Assembly: GCF_902713615.1 (NCBI RefSeq)
Contig: NC_052175.1
Location: forward strand, 8,573,941-8,637,940
Reading direction: 5' to 3'
Origin: Scyliorhinus canicula
Taxonomy: Eukaryota
DNA length: 64,000 nt
Shown: positions 40,390 through 53,499 of the stretch, one piece after another
Layout of the letters: each line of letters starts with the position of its first letter
Numbering within the stretch: position 1 is the stretch's first letter
Made by a program: the position numbers and the translations under genes
The notes under the pieces: generated by a model
Told to the model about the DNA's origin: nothing
Databases searched by the model: none
The model's input: only the letters and a program-made list of their open reading frames with translations

Positions 40390-42300
40390 GTGAAACGAGT
40401 GCTTGACGGAAAACCTGGAAACATTGTGAACTGTAGGGAGGATAGAGAAATACTTCAAGACGACACGAACTTATTTGTGGAATGGGCAGTCATGTGGAAC
40501 GCCACCTTCAATGAACAAAAGGCATGAAGTTGTTCGATCTTGTTTAAGAACACAGAAAGCCAATATAAAATCAATGATGCGATTCTGAAAGTTGTGCAGC
40601 AGCAGAGCGATCTGAATGTAGAAGAGCCGGAACCATTGACTGTGGCCGAGCTGCTTGGGAGAGGGTTTGATAAAGCCGAGTGTGTCCTGGGATTTATTGC
40701 TCGTGCGTTAGAGTACACAAATAAGAGGAAATTTTAAAACTTGCATTTGTGAAAATAAACATTTGTTCATTAGATTCTAAGCACTTTGGATAATTCTGTT
40801 AGGATTGTGGAACATGAAAAAGGATATTTGAAGGAACGACAAGATAACCTGGAATAAACCTTGAGTGATGTTGGAGATCAGAGATGCTGGGATATGTGTG
40901 TAATAGATTAATGGTATCAGAGAATCTGTACAGTGGAGCCGGAGGCCTCTCTGCCCATCAAGCCTGCACCGACCCGTGAAAAGAGCAGCACACTTATTCC
41001 AACCAGAATTTATCCCAGCAACCAAGGAAACCCACCTGACCGATCCACAGCACCTGCACATCTTTGGACATTGGGAGAAAACCGGAGCACGCGGATGAAA
41101 CCCACGCAGACAGTCACCCGAGGCGGGAACTGAACCCAGGTCCCTGGCGCTGTGAGGCAAAAGCGCTAACCAATATTCCGCCATGCCGTCCCACGCTGGA
41201 ATACAGCTACAGCAAGTCTTTAGGAAAGGTAATCCAATGTTATCAGTCATTGCCAGGGAACCAAAGACAAAAGTAGGAAGTTGATGTTTCAGTTAAACAG
41301 AGAAACATCAAGACTTCATCTGGAATTGTATATGCAGCATTGGTCACCTTATTAATGGACGGAGTTAACTGTGTCGGAAACAGTTGAGGGAGGTTTACCG
41401 GACTATTAATTGGACAGGGCGGGTTGTCTTATGAGGGGAGACGAGGCTTTTATCCACTGGAGTTTTGAAGATAAAAGGGTTAAAATGCGAGCTTATTGAA
41501 GCAACCAAAACCCAGTGATCTTGACAGGGTGGATTTGGAAGGGATTTTCCTCTTTTGGGAGAGTCTGGAGAGTCGGAACCCGGGTTGATTGCTTCATAAT
41601 ACGGGTCTCCAAGTTAAAAAGTAGATGAGGCTGTTATTGATCTGTGGTTCGTGAGCATTCGGGTTGCGCAGCCGGAAAAGACGTTTGAAACAGTCTTTGA
41701 AAATACATGATGTAAAATTCATGGGAAGAGGGTGACCGGTGATCTGTGGTCGGCGGGATGAAGACTTTAGTTTACGATGAAATCAGCCATGAGTTTATTC
41801 AACGGCGGAGGAGGTTCCAAGGACCCAATAGCTCTTTTGTCGGATGTTCACATTGCGTCTAATTTTGGGCTGTCACATTTTAGCAAACCTGCGGAGGCAC
41901 TCGAGAAAATCCAGTCATATTTGTTATAGGGATGAGGAAATTCAGTTAGATGGAGAGGAGAAACGTGCGCTGTATTCCTTAAAGAGAGACCTTCGAAAGG
42001 AGATTTGACAGAAATGTTCAATGTCATGAGTGGTCTGGAGTAGGTTAGGGAGACACTGTCCTCATTGGCAGAAGGGGCAGCAATCAGTACGGTCTTTGTT
42101 CAGCATAGTTGGTCCAGTCTACAAGAAAGAAATAGGCATGAGGATATTTATTTTTAAATTACATATACAGAGGCAATTTCCAGTCACACATGAGATCGTC
42201 TCCAATTCTACGGGGAAAATCAGATAGCAGAGCAGAATAAATGAGCTGGTCCAGCAGAGAGCTGACGTGAACACACGATGCCTCCTTCCGTACTGTAACT
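40390..42300 (+). mobile_element. Highly decayed CR1 fragments with an embedded V-SINE (40915-41195, minus)
   Basis: Degenerate RT C-terminal blocks; SINE core ggagaaaaccggagcacgcggatgaaacccacgcagac. Confidence 0.5.
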
Positions 42301-43043
42301 ATCTTTGACAATAACACTTACACATAGACAAATACATTTTGGGAGTTGGATGGGAGACAGCGGCGAGGACTGGGTTGCGTGTAGATCGCCAATGTTCATC
42401 TATTAGATTAACAGTATTGCGGGATCTTTGGCATACCAGTGGACATTGGCGCATCGGAAACACGAACGAATTGGGGGGATTTATCCAACAGCGTCACTTT
42501 ATTCAATTATAGATTTGACAGACGAGAGTAAGTTTCAGTTCAAGGCTTAACCATTAATACGCAGGTGAATACTGTCAGTGGGAAGCAAAGTGACATATCT
42601 GAGTGTAGAATAGGTCAGTTGAATAAATGAGTTTGAATAATACACAGGTCTATTGCTTTTTTTGTGATAGTGCAAGATGCCAAATTTTGCATATTGGCCA
42701 CGGGTGACAGGAAGGGGTTCACAGTACTAGAGACTCCGAAATTTATCAAATCCATAGTTTCACGAACTGGACGCAGCACTCACACCGTCTGACAATAGAA
42801 TGGATCGTTAAATGTTCTGGATAGAGTGATAACGTCATTATTCTAACGGTTCCTCGTTCGAATTGAAGTGCCCAGCTTTCTGTAAATTCTATGTCTAAAA
42901 TGAGTCCAAAACCATTCACTAAGGCAATTCCTCTGTAATTCCTTTGCGAAGACAATATTGTCCAAATTGATAAATAATTTGATAGGTGCAGATTTGACAG
43001 GAACTCGCCCAAGAAGGATGAGATGAATACTTGAAGGATAACA

Positions 43044-43266
43044 GTTAAAAATTTTTTAGAGTACCCAATTATTGTTTCCAATTAAGGGGCAATTTAGAGT
43101 TGCCAATCTACCTATCCTGCACATCTTTGGGTTGTGTTGGTGAAACCCACGCAGACACGGGGAGAATGTGCAAACTCCACATGGACAGTGACCCAGGGCC
43201 GGGATTCGAACCCAGGACCTCGACGCCAGAAGCAGCAATGCTAACCACTGTGCCACCGTGCTGCCC
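43044..43266 (-). mobile_element. Short A/T-tailed V-SINE with ~12-bp TSD
   Basis: TGAAGGATAACA (43032-43043) vs TGAAGGATGACA (43267-43278). Confidence 0.88.
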
Positions 43267-44793
43267 TGAAGGATGACATTTTAAATGCGATCTGGGAAAG
43301 AGAATAGTGCAGTGCGAGTAATTGTGTGGATGCTTGCAATATACAACAAAGGCACGGCGAGCCAATGGCCTCGCTTTTATTGGCTTCAGTCTGAGATTCT
43401 TTCCCCCGGGTTTTCGGAACGATATCTGTCCTTGAACGATCATCGAATACTAATATTTCTTATATTTTCCAGTCTCAAGGTTCCCTCTCCGGCTCCCTGG
43501 AGTTTGCTGCATTGAAAAAAAATCAAACCTGGTGGGTCGCAAACGAGACTCCTAACGGCTTATCTGTAATGAATTATGGAGAAAAGAGGATTTGACAAAG
43601 ACAATTGCCTTTCGGAAATAAGCATGGAGCCAAAAAGGCACCTTCAAAGAAGTAAACAAATTAGTACAGGTGCATCACATTACACAGACTGGGTTATTTT
43701 GGGAAATGTAAATTAAGGTGGTTGAATATTGTCAAGGATTTTCAACTAGATTCCTGCAATTCAAGCGTGAAAAAATGATGAATTTGCAGAGCATTTGCAG
43801 AGATTGTCTGAATAATTTCTGCTGACTATATTGCTCCAGTTAATGACAATAATTTTATTTGTTTGCAAATCCCTGCCTCTAAATAAACTACATATCTAAA
43901 TGTAAAAATGCTTGAACAGATCAATAGTTAATTTATCATGAAATATCACCTGGAGAGGACTGTACTGTATTTACGCTGACGGTACCAGACCAGGATTGAG
44001 AGGCTGTCAGTGCTGGTTCGCTGACTCTGAGATGTGAAGTGTTGAATCATTCGTTTTTACGTGCACAACACACAAGGGACACAAGGAGTTTATCAGGGAA
44101 TTTGTGATGAATACCTTCACTTTAGCAAATCGTGGTTTTGTTTGTGTTTATATTAACCCTCAAGCTAGTAATATCTGGTGAGTGTAGCGTGTTTTTCAAG
44201 TAAGTGCACATTTAACAATGGTTCACAAAGTTCTCCGCCATGTAGAATCGCGTCCTCCCAAATATGGTTCTTCTGTGCAATAGTAAATTTTAATCTGTTT
44301 CAGGGAAGTCATTTTATCGTTGCATCATAGATTGATTATAATGCTAAAATGCCGGCTCATTGAATTTGGGATATAGACTTTAGATATTCTTATCTGTTTT
44401 TCATTCTCCACGGAAATAAGAACATAAGAACATAAGAGCTAGGAGCAGGAGTAGGCCATCTGGCCCCTCGAGCCTGCTCCGCCATTCAATGAGATCATGG
44501 CTGATCTTTTGTGGACTCAGCTCCACTTTCCGGCCCGAACACCATAACCCTAAATCCCTTTATTCTTCAAAAAACTATCTATCTTTACCTTAAAAACATG
44601 TAATGAAGGAGCCTCAACTGCTTCACTGGGCAAGGAATTCCATAGATTCACAACCCTTTGGGTGAAGAAGTTCCTCCTAAACTCAGTTCTAAATCTACTT
44701 CCCCTTATTTTGAGGCTATGCCCCCTAGTTCTGCTGTCACCCGCCAGTGGAAACAACCTGCCCGCATCTATCCTATCTATTCCCTTCATAATT

Positions 44794-47559
44794 TTAAATG
44801 TTTCTATAAGATCCCCCCCTCATCCTTCTAAATTCCAACGAGTACAGTCCCAGTCTACTCAACCTCTCCTCATAATCCAACCCCTTCAGCTCTGGGATTA
44901 ACCTAGTGAATCTCCTCTGCACACCCTCCAGCGCCAGTACGTCCTTTCTCAAGTAAGGAGACCAAAACTGAACACAATACTCCAGGTGTGGCCGCACTAA
45001 CACCTTATACAATTGCAACATAACCTCCCTAGTCTTAAACTCCATCCCTCTAGCAATGAAGGACAACATTCCATTTGCCTTCTTAATCACCCGTTGCACT
45101 TGTAAACCAACCTTCTGTGACTCATGCACAAGCACACCCAAGTCTCTCTGAACAGCGGCATGCTTTAATATTTTATCGTTTAAATAATAATCCCGTTTGC
45201 TGTTATTCCTACCAAAATGGATAACCTCACATTTGTCAACATTGTATTCCATCTGCCAGACCCGAGCCCATTCACTTAACCTATCCAAATCCCTCTGCAG
45301 ACTTCCAGTATCCTCTGCACTTTTCGCTTTACCACTCATCTTAGTGTCATCTGCAAACTTGGACACATTGCCCTTGGTCCCCAACTCCAAATCATCAATG
45401 TAAATTGTGAACAATTGTGGGCCCAACACGGATCCCTGAGGGACACCACTAGCTACTGATTGCCAACCAGAGAAACACCCATTTATCCCAACTCTTTGCT
45501 TTCTATTAATTAACCAATCCTCTATCCATGCTAGTACTTTACCCTTAATGCCATGCATCTTTATCTTATGCAGCAACCTTTTGTGTGGCACCTTGTCAAA
45601 GGCTTTCTGGAAATCCAGATATACCACATCCATCGGCTCCCCGTTATCTACTGCACTGGTAATGTCCTCAAAAAATTCCACTAAATTAGTTAGGCACGAC
45701 CTGCCTTTTACGAACCCATGCTGCGTCTGCTCAATGGGACATTTTCTAGCCAGATGCCTCGCAATTTCTTCCTTGATGATAGATTCCAGCATCTTCCCTA
45801 TTACCGAAGTTAAACTCACTGGCCTATAATTTCCTGCTTTCTGCCTACCTCCTTTTTTAAACAGTGGCGTCACGTTTGCTAATTTCCAATCCACCGGGAC
45901 CACCCCAGAGTCTAGTGAATTTCGGTAAATTATCACTAGTGCATCTGCAATTTCCCTCGCCATCTCTTTTAGCACTTTGGGATGCATTCCATCAGGGCCA
46001 GGAGACTTGTCTACCTTTAGCCCCATTAGCTTGCCCATCACTCCCTCCTTAGTGATAACAATCGTCTCAAGGTCCTCACCTGTCATAGCCTCATTTCTAT
46101 CAGTCACTGGCATGTTATTTGTGTCTTCCACTGTGAAGACCGACCCAAAAAACCTGTTCAGTTCCTCAGCCATTTCCTCATTTCCCATTATTAAAACTCC
46201 CTTCTCATCCTCTAAAGGACCAATATTTACCTTAGCCACTCTTTTTTGTCTTATATATTTGTAAAAACTTTTACTGTCTGTTTTTATATTCTGAGCAAGT
46301 TTACTCTCATACTCTATCTTACTCTTCTTTATAGCTTTTTTAGTAGCTTTCTGTTGCTCCCTAAAGATTTCCCAGTCCTCTAATCTCCCAGCAATCTTTG
46401 CCACTTTATATGCGTTTTCCTTCAATTTGATACTCTCCCTTATTTCCTTAGATATCCACGGTCGATTTTCCCTCTTTCTTCCGTCCTTCCTTTTTGTTGG
46501 TATAAACCTTTGCTGAGCACTGTGAAAAATCGCTTGGAAGGTTCTCCACTGTTCCTCAACTGTTCCACCATAAAGTCTTAGCTCCCAGTCTACCTTAGCT
46601 AGTTCTTCTCTCATCCCCTTGTAATCTCCTTTGTTTAAACACAAAACACTAGTATTTGATTTTACTTTCTCACCCTCCATCTGTATTTTAAATTCCACCA
46701 TATTGTGATCGCTCCTTCCGAGAGGATCCCTAACTATGAGATCATGAATCAATTCTGTCTCATTACACAGGACAAGATCTAGGACCGCTTGTTCCCTCGT
46801 AGGTTCCATTACATACTGTTCTAGGAAACTATCGCGGATACATTCTATAAACTCCTCCTCACGGTTGCCTTGACCGACCTGGTTAAACCAATCGACATGT
46901 AGATTAAAATCCCCCATGATAACTGCTGTACCATTTCTAAATGCATCAGTTATTTCTTCGTTTATTGCCTGCCCCACCATCTCGTTACTATTTGGTGGCC
47001 GATAGACTACTCCTATCAGTGACTTTTTCGCCTTACTATTCCTGATTTCCACCCAAATGGATTCAACCTTATCCTCCATAGCACCGATGTCATGCCTTAC
47101 TATTGCCCGGATGTCATCCTTAAATAACAGAGCAACACCACCTCCCTTACCATCCACTCTGTCCTTCCGAATAGTTTGATACCCTCGGATATTTAACTCC
47201 CAGTCGTGACCATCCTTTAACCATGTTTCAGTAATGGTCACTAAATCATAGTCATTTACGATGATTTGTGCCATCAACTCATTTACTTTATTCCGAATAC
47301 TACGAGTATTGAGGTAAAGTACACTTATGTTGGTTTTTTTACCTCTGTTTTGAATCTTAACATCTCCAGTTTTATTCGTTTTGTTATTACTGGGCCTATT
47401 CACTGTGCTCCCCTCAGTCACTGTACCTTGTACTGTCGCCCTTATGGATTTCTGACTATGTCTTCTCTGCCTTGCACTTTTCCCCTTACTTCCTTTTGTT
47501 TCTGTCCCTGTTTTACTACCTTCCAACTTCCAGCATTGGTTCCCATCCCCCTGCCACAT
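44794..47559 (-). CDS. CR1 ORF2 (APE endonuclease + reverse transcriptase), 921 aa open; natural C-terminus continues in the 44550-44789 frame
   Basis: YLNTRSI, ITETW, GDFN, HNMV endonuclease motifs; [35 protein letters not shown] motifs; frame lost at the C7 run 44813-44819. Confidence 0.93.
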   Translation of the reverse strand: MWQGDGNQCWKLEGSKTGTETKGSKGKSARQRRHSQKSIRATVQGTVTEGSTVNRPSNNKTNKTGDVKIQNRGKKTNISVLYLNTRSIRNKVNELMAQIIVNDYDLVTITETWLKDGHDWELNIRGYQTIRKDRVDGKGGGVALLFKDDIRAIVRHDIGAMEDKVESIWVEIRNSKAKKSLIGVVYRPPNSNEMVGQAINEEITDAFRNGTAVIMGDFNLHVDWFNQVGQGNREEEFIECIRDSFLEQYVMEPTREQAVLDLVLCNETELIHDLIVRDPLGRSDHNMVEFKIQMEGEKVKSNTSVLCLNKGDYKGMREELAKVDWELRLYGGTVEEQWRTFQAIFHSAQQRFIPTKRKDGRKRENRPWISKEIRESIKLKENAYKVAKIAGRLEDWEIFREQQKATKKAIKKSKIEYESKLAQNIKTDSKSFYKYIRQKRVAKVNIGPLEDEKGVLIMGNEEMAEELNRFFGSVFTVEDTNNMPVTDRNEAMTGEDLETIVITKEGVMGKLMGLKVDKSPGPDGMHPKVLKEMAREIADALVIIYRNSLDSGVVPVDWKLANVTPLFKKGGRQKAGNYRPVSLTSVIGKMLESIIKEEIARHLARKCPIEQTQHGFVKGRSCLTNLVEFFEDITSAVDNGEPMDVVYLDFQKAFDKVPHKRLLHKIKMHGIKGKVLAWIEDWLINRKQRVGINGCFSGWQSVASGVPQGSVLGPQLFTIYIDDLELGTKGNVSKFADDTKMSGKAKSAEDTGSLQRDLDRLSEWARVWQMEYNVDKCEVIHFGRNNSKRDYYLNDKILKHAAVQRDLGVLVHESQKVGLQVQRVIKKANGMLSFIARGMEFKTREVMLQLYKVLVRPHLEYCVQFWSPYLRKDVLALEGVQRRFTRLIPELKGLDYEERLSRLGLYSLEFRRMRGGSYRNI

Positions 47560-48504
47560 TAGTTTAAACCCTCCCCAACAGCTCTAGAAAACACCCCTAG
47601 GACATCGGTTCCAGTCCTGCCCAAGTGCAGACCGTCCGGTTTGTACTGGTCCCACCTCCCCCAGAACCGGTCCCAATGCCCCAGGAATTTGAATCCCTCC
47701 CTCTTGCACCATCTCTCGAGCCACGCATTCATCCTATCTATCCTGACATTCCTACTCTGACTCGCTCGTGGCACTGGTAGCAATCCTGAGATTACTACCT
47801 TTGAGGTCCTACTTTTTAGTTTAACTCCTAACTCCCTGTATTCCGCTTGTAGGACCTCATCCCGTTTTTTACCTATATCGTTGGTGCCTATGTGCACCAC
47901 GACAGCTGGCTGTTCACCCCCCCCCCCCCAGAATGTCCTGCAGCCGCTCCGAGACATCCTTGACCCTTGCACCAGGGAGGCAACATACCATTCTGGAGTC
48001 TCGATTGCGTCCACAGAACCGCCTGTCTATTCCTCTTACGATCGAGTCCCCTATCACTATAGCCCTGCCATTTTTCTTCCTGCCCTGCTGTGCAGCAGAG
48101 CCAGCCACGGTGCCATGAACCTGGCTGCTGCTGCCTTCCCCTGGTGAGCCATCTCCCTCAACAGTATCCAAAGCGGTATATCTGTTTTGTAGGGAGATGA
48201 CCGCAGGGGACACCTGCACTGCCTTCCTACTCTTGCTCTTTCTTTTGGTCACCCATTTTCTATCTCCCTCAGTAACCTTCACCTGCGGTGTGACCAACTC
48301 GCTAAACGTGCTATCCACGACCTCCTCAGCATCGCGGATGCTCCAAAGTGAGTCCATCCGCAGCTCCAGAGCCGTCAAGCGGTCTAACAAGAGCTGCAAC
48401 TGAACACACTTCTTGCACGCGAAGGAGCCAGGGACAGTGGACGTGTCCCTGAGCTCCCACATCGCACACGAGGAGCATGAAACGGGTCTGGGATCTCCTG
48501 CCAT
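47559..48504 (-). CDS. CR1 ORF1 (zinc finger, coiled coil, SGNH esterase), split by a frameshift in the C13 run at 47917-47929
   Basis: CSSC...CKKC, IGDSIVRG, HIGTND, DGLHL motifs across two frames. Confidence 0.88.
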
Positions 48505-49099
48505 GTCTTAAACCCTTGGTAAACTTAAACAACTACAATTTCAAAATAAAAATAAATAAATTAGACAATGAAAAGAAAAAGAGAGACTACTTACCAGGGT
48601 TAAAGAGCACCTCCTCACACTCTGCACCGAATTACCTCACTGCACCAAATTACCAAATTTCAATCCTCCACTCTGTATGAGTCTCACTCCGGATGAGTCT
48701 CCTGGAAAGTGCTCCTGAAAATGGTGACAATCGGATTCTAATTTCCAGCCAATGAGAATTTCCCCTGATATGAGCAGAAATTGTTAGTTTCGTCATATGT
48801 CGCTCTCCTTGTGAAGGGACTTGAGAAGTGCAAGGCAACCCTTTTTCTTTTTTCAGCGCACATTTCCTTGTCACACCATTCACAATTTTGCAACGAGGAC
48901 TTAGAGAGAGAAAGAACATTTCACCACATCTGGTTACACTGTATACCGATCAGAGTCTCAAATGTAGAGATATATTCTTTGCTTTCATTAGCAATTAGAA
49001 AATGTAACCAGATGAGATACACAAGCAGCAGATACCGTCCCGTGAAATAATCCTTTCAAGAACTATCTCCCACAAACAGTCCAGTAAATCGTTTTCATC

Positions 49100-49455
49100 A
49101 TAGAATCATCATAGAGTTTACAGTGCAGAAGGATGCCATTCGGCCCATCGAGTCTGCACCGGATCCTGGAAAGAGCACCCTACCCAATGTTAACACCTTC
49201 TCCCCATCCCCATAACCCAGTAACCCCACCCAACACTTATGGCAATTTTGGATACTCAGGGCAATTTATCATGACCAATCGACCTAACCTGCACATCTTT
49301 GGACTGTGGGAGGAAACCGGAGCACCCGGAGGAAACCCATGCACACACGGGGAGGATGTGCAGACTCCACACAGACAGTGACCCAGCCGGGAATCGAACC
49401 TGGGACCCTGGAGCTTTGAAGCGATTGTGCTATCCACAATGCTACCGTGCTGCCC
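49100..49455 (-). mobile_element. V-SINE (long form)
   Basis: Complete head, core and tail on the reverse strand. Confidence 0.9.
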
Positions 49456-49999
49456 ATAAACTGTTACATTCAATTTCATACGAATGCAAATTAATATTAC
49501 ATTGAAACACTATATAAAACAGATCTAAGTTCACCAGAACAATCGTGGGGCTGAAGAGGTAATAATACGAGGACAGATTTTTGATATGCTACCTCTTTCG
49601 TTTCTTCCAGGAGAAGATATAATGGTGGTGACCGAACACGGATGTTTAAAGTCAATACATTGTGCATTAGCGTCGATAAACAGGAGTTAGTTCAGTTGCT
49701 TTGGTGAGAAATCAGAAAGCAAACGGGGAAGAACCTTCAAATTTTAACCCGGAATCGGTTCTGCACACAAATGTGAGGGGAAATCTGGAACACAACTCTT
49801 AAAAGAATCAGTTTCGACTGGGGGAACTATAATGTTTTTCGCCGTGTGTGCGGAGTATGGGGAATCTAATGGAATCAGGTTGGTAGAATTACAATACATT
49901 AGTGTTTTTATTTTCCTGTATGGCAAGATGTTACTTTTTGGGTACAGATGGGTTCGGTTTTTGGGCTCCAGCTATTTGCTGTCTATATTGACAACTTTG

Positions 50000-50900
50000 T
50001 TATCGAGATAGAAGCGAAACAGCCGAATGTGCAGCCGACTCAAAGTGAGGTGGGATATTAACTTCCAATGAGGAGATAATACATGGATATATGTAGGTTG
50101 GGCGAGTGGGCAAACACGTGGCAGATGGAGGTTAATGTGGATAAGTGTTTTGTTCGGAATAATGGGAAGGTAACTAATTATCTAAAAGGGGAAGACTTCG
50201 TAGTGTTCCATTGTCGAGTGGTCAGCGGGCCTCGTTCATGAGTCACAGAACGCTAGCGTTCAGGTACAGCATATAACAACGAAAGTACATTGAATGTTGG
50301 CATTTATAGCTAAAGGACCAGAGTCTAAATGTAAGTAAGTATTGTTGTAACCATATAAGTCATTGGTGAGACCACAACTGGGATATTCTGCATAGTTTCT
50401 GTCCACTTATTTGAGGAAAGATGTACAAGTATTGTGGGAAGTTCAATGGGGGTTGATAAGAGATCATGTTTGTCGTATGAAGAGAGGTTGAGCAATATAC
50501 TCTCTCGAGTTTAATAGAACGAGGAGAGATCAAATTGAGGCATGCCAGATGATAAAACATATGGATCAAGTAGACGTAAAGCAAATGTTTCCTCTTGTCG
50601 GGTATTCAAGAACAAGAGGCCATCGTCTCAGCAAATGAGATAACAAATTTAAAACTGAGTTGAGGAGAAGCTACTTCTCCCAAAGCTAGTGAATCTGTGG
50701 AATTCGCTATCCCAGAGTGTGGTAGATGCTGTGACAGTGAGTACATTTCAGGAGGAGTTAAGCGGATTTTTAATTGGGAATGGGTAAGAAGGATTATGGA
50801 GAATGGACAGGACGGCGCAGTTAGTGCCAGGATGAGATTGGCCATAATCAAATGGTGGAATAGACTCGATGGGCCAGTTTGTCTAATTCTGCTCCGATAT
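50000..50900 (+). mobile_element. Decayed CR1 3' fragment
   Basis: Degenerate RT C-terminus and 3' UTR (gtgaatctgtggaattcgctatcccagag...). Confidence 0.6.
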
Positions 50901-51196
50901 CGTCTGACCCTATAAATAGATCAACCAATAGTGGGACAGGCTGGAGGAGCAGGATACTCTCATATTGTTTCTGTATTCCTGTTGCCAGAAGGATAAGCGA
51001 GGTCAAAGGGCAAAAAATACTCTTTGCGGAATGTCAGCGGCTCTTTCACAGTCACAGCGTTGGCAATGGTTTTCCGGTAGAAGTGAACTGGGACTGGGAT
51101 TTGTGGAGCACGCTGAAATGCTTAAGGATGCATCTGTTTCCTGATGGTTGAGGAGGAATTACATTTTCAGGATGGGTTAATTATGTTCGCTGAGAG

Positions 51197-51496
51197 GATA
51201 GAACATAGAACATAGAACAGTACAGCACAGAACAGGCCCTTCGGCCCTCGATGTTGTGTCGCGCAATGATCACCCTACTCAAACCCACGTATCCACCCTA
51301 TACCCGTAACCCAACAACCCCCGCTTAACCTTACTTTTTTAGGACACTACGGCAATTTAGCATGGCCAATCCACCTAAACCGCACATCTTTGTGGGAGGA
51401 AACCGGAGCACCCGGAGGGTTCCCAGCCGGGAATCGAACCTGGGACCCTGGAGCTGTGAAGCATTTATGCTAACCATCATGCTACCGTGCTGCCCC
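51197..51496 (-). mobile_element. V-SINE (long form, (ATAGAAC)n tail)
   Basis: Tail, internally deleted core and head. Confidence 0.9.
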
Positions 51497-51878
51497 AAAC
51501 TTAGCAGTTTGGGCAGTTTACTTAGCAGTTTCCAGGATGTTTACTGGAATGTGAGGCACCAGATGTCCAGACTCAGGCGTTCTCATGGATTTTGCCGACT
51601 TTCCGAAATGCTTACCTGTTGGACGTATTCACTGTATAAATATCAGGCACTTTTTCTCATTCGTTGGACCTCAGCTTGGACTACAGGCAGTGAATCTCAG
51701 AGCCGCCGTCAACACCCGGAGTCCCAGACGAGCAAATGGACGAGAAATTCTTGTGTCGTCGTATTGATTTATATTATTTTATTATATTCTAATAAAGTAG
51801 AGTCGACAACTTCTGTCGTCGTTCTCTTTATTACGTTGTGTCCGAATCATAAAGAACCCTGGGATCAGTCCAAGACAA
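51497..51878 (+). mobile_element. Probable partial solo LTR
   Basis: TATAAATA at ~51635, AATAAA at 51791, ends ...CCAAGACA; no partner copy and no TSD seen. Confidence 0.35.
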
Positions 51879-52348
51879 GTCCAAGGGGGCATTCTGTTTA
51901 CCAGCATGGGCTTTTTCAACTGCATATTGTAACAAGTGTCGTCTGATACATTGGTTAAGATTTGAGCTCAATATACTTCTCCAGCAGAGTGAGCGGTTAT
52001 CAATTTGAAAATATTTCTCTCCGTTTGGAATAGGAATACGAAGACGTATTCTTTTAAATCAGAAGTTAGAAATGTATCTAATTATCATTTAATCATCACA
52101 CGAACCGTCCAACCTTTTTAATATTGATGAAATTAAATGTATGATATAAATAATCTCATAATGTTAGAGAGACAACACCAGAGTTGTGTTCGCACCTTTC
52201 ACTGATATTATGATGTGAAGAGCAAACCCTATCAGCAAAACGCTTTCTCAGAAATCCGGCAGGATTTGCTGTAAGGGGTGCAGGTTAGTGCATTTACTGG
52301 GTTGTGTGCTGCAGCAGAATAAAATATCAGGGCCATGAATGTATTACA

Positions 52349-52573
52349 AGGGCAGCACGGCGGCATAGTGCTTAGTACTGCTGCATCACGATGCCGCGGT
52401 GCCAGGTTCGATCCCGGCTCTGGGTCACTGTCCGTGTGGAGTTTGCACAATTTCCCCGTGTCTGCGTGGGTTTCGCCCCCATAACCGAAAGATGTGCAGG
52501 GTAGGTGGACTGCCCACGCTAAATTGCCCCTTAATTGGAAAATAAATGAATTGGGTACACTATTTTTTAAAAA
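52349..52573 (+). mobile_element. Short A/T-tailed V-SINE (an isolated long-form 3' piece follows at 52720-52830)
   Basis: GGGCAGCACGG head, V core, AAATTGCCCCTTAATTGG...TTTTTTAAAAAAA tail. Confidence 0.88.
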
Positions 52574-53499
52574 AATGATATGTTTCAGAAGTGATTGGTT
52601 ACAGTTCACAGTCATTTTTTTCCACGGGCATGTTGAGCTGAATTCTGTCCTGCGTGCAACAGAGCGCAGGTTCGCTGGATTGCCCATCCTAAAATTGATT
52701 CTTACTGTCCAAGGAGGTATAGGTTAGTTGCAGTTCCGGTGTTGGTGCGGGGGATTGGGCCGAAATAGGGTGCTCTTTCAAAGTGTAGGTGCAAAATCGA
52801 TGAGCTAAATGGCCTCTCTCTGCACTGTCGGGGTTATTTATCAAATTTGTGTCTAATGTATTGCTGACAAGGAGACAGATGCGTTGTAAACATTGTTTGC
52901 ATTATAACGTGTTACCGTGCAATTTCACCGATCAGACTAAGAACCCATTCGGACCGACGTGACTGTTCTGTCTCTTTGATAGAACTGCACAACAAGACCC
53001 ACTCTCTCAGCTCTTTCCTCCACAGCTTTCCATTAACAAATAAATATACAGTTCCCATTTTAAAAGTTACTTTTGAATCTGCTTAAACCGTCCTTTCAGA
53101 AAGCACATTCCAGTTCTCAAGAAAAATACCAGAATGCCTTTTCGGTTCTTTTAACGATGGGTCTCAATCTGTATCCCTTTAGTTACGGAAGCTCCTGCCA
53201 GTGGAACTGTATTGTTCTCATTTCGTCAACGCAAAACCTTCTTCACGCTATCTGATACTGTCAGGATATCTGACGGTGGAAGAGATGGAGCAATGGCCAA
53301 ACACCGAGGGCATTGTTCTTCACCCACACGCTGAGACTCTGATCACATCACAATTCTAATCTCACTGCGAATTTTCTCCGCTCAGCGTCAGTGAGATGTG
53401 CAATACGCAATGAACGATGCTTTGTGTTTAAAAATAGACAGACGATAATGCAAGTAAATTAGTTCCAGATAAGAAAGTTTCTGTAGGTTACCTGTTGAT

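Larger units (their letters stand above)
44416..48680 (-). mobile_element. Near-intact full-length CR1 LINE
   Basis: ORF1, ORF2, TAATG stop-start overlap at 47557-47561, (AAGAACAT)n tail; 5' boundary approximate. Confidence 0.95.

Noticed and set aside
49607-49712. Strong TTTCTTCCAG acceptor as a possible terminal exon for paralog B
   Set aside because: No homology to gene A tail exons, ~10 kb away beyond a full CR1, and the phase cannot be tied in.
51010-51110. C...GFPVEVNW string resembling a C1 B-C strand
   Set aside because: Cys-Trp spacing is too long, there is no second Cys motif and no exon boundaries.
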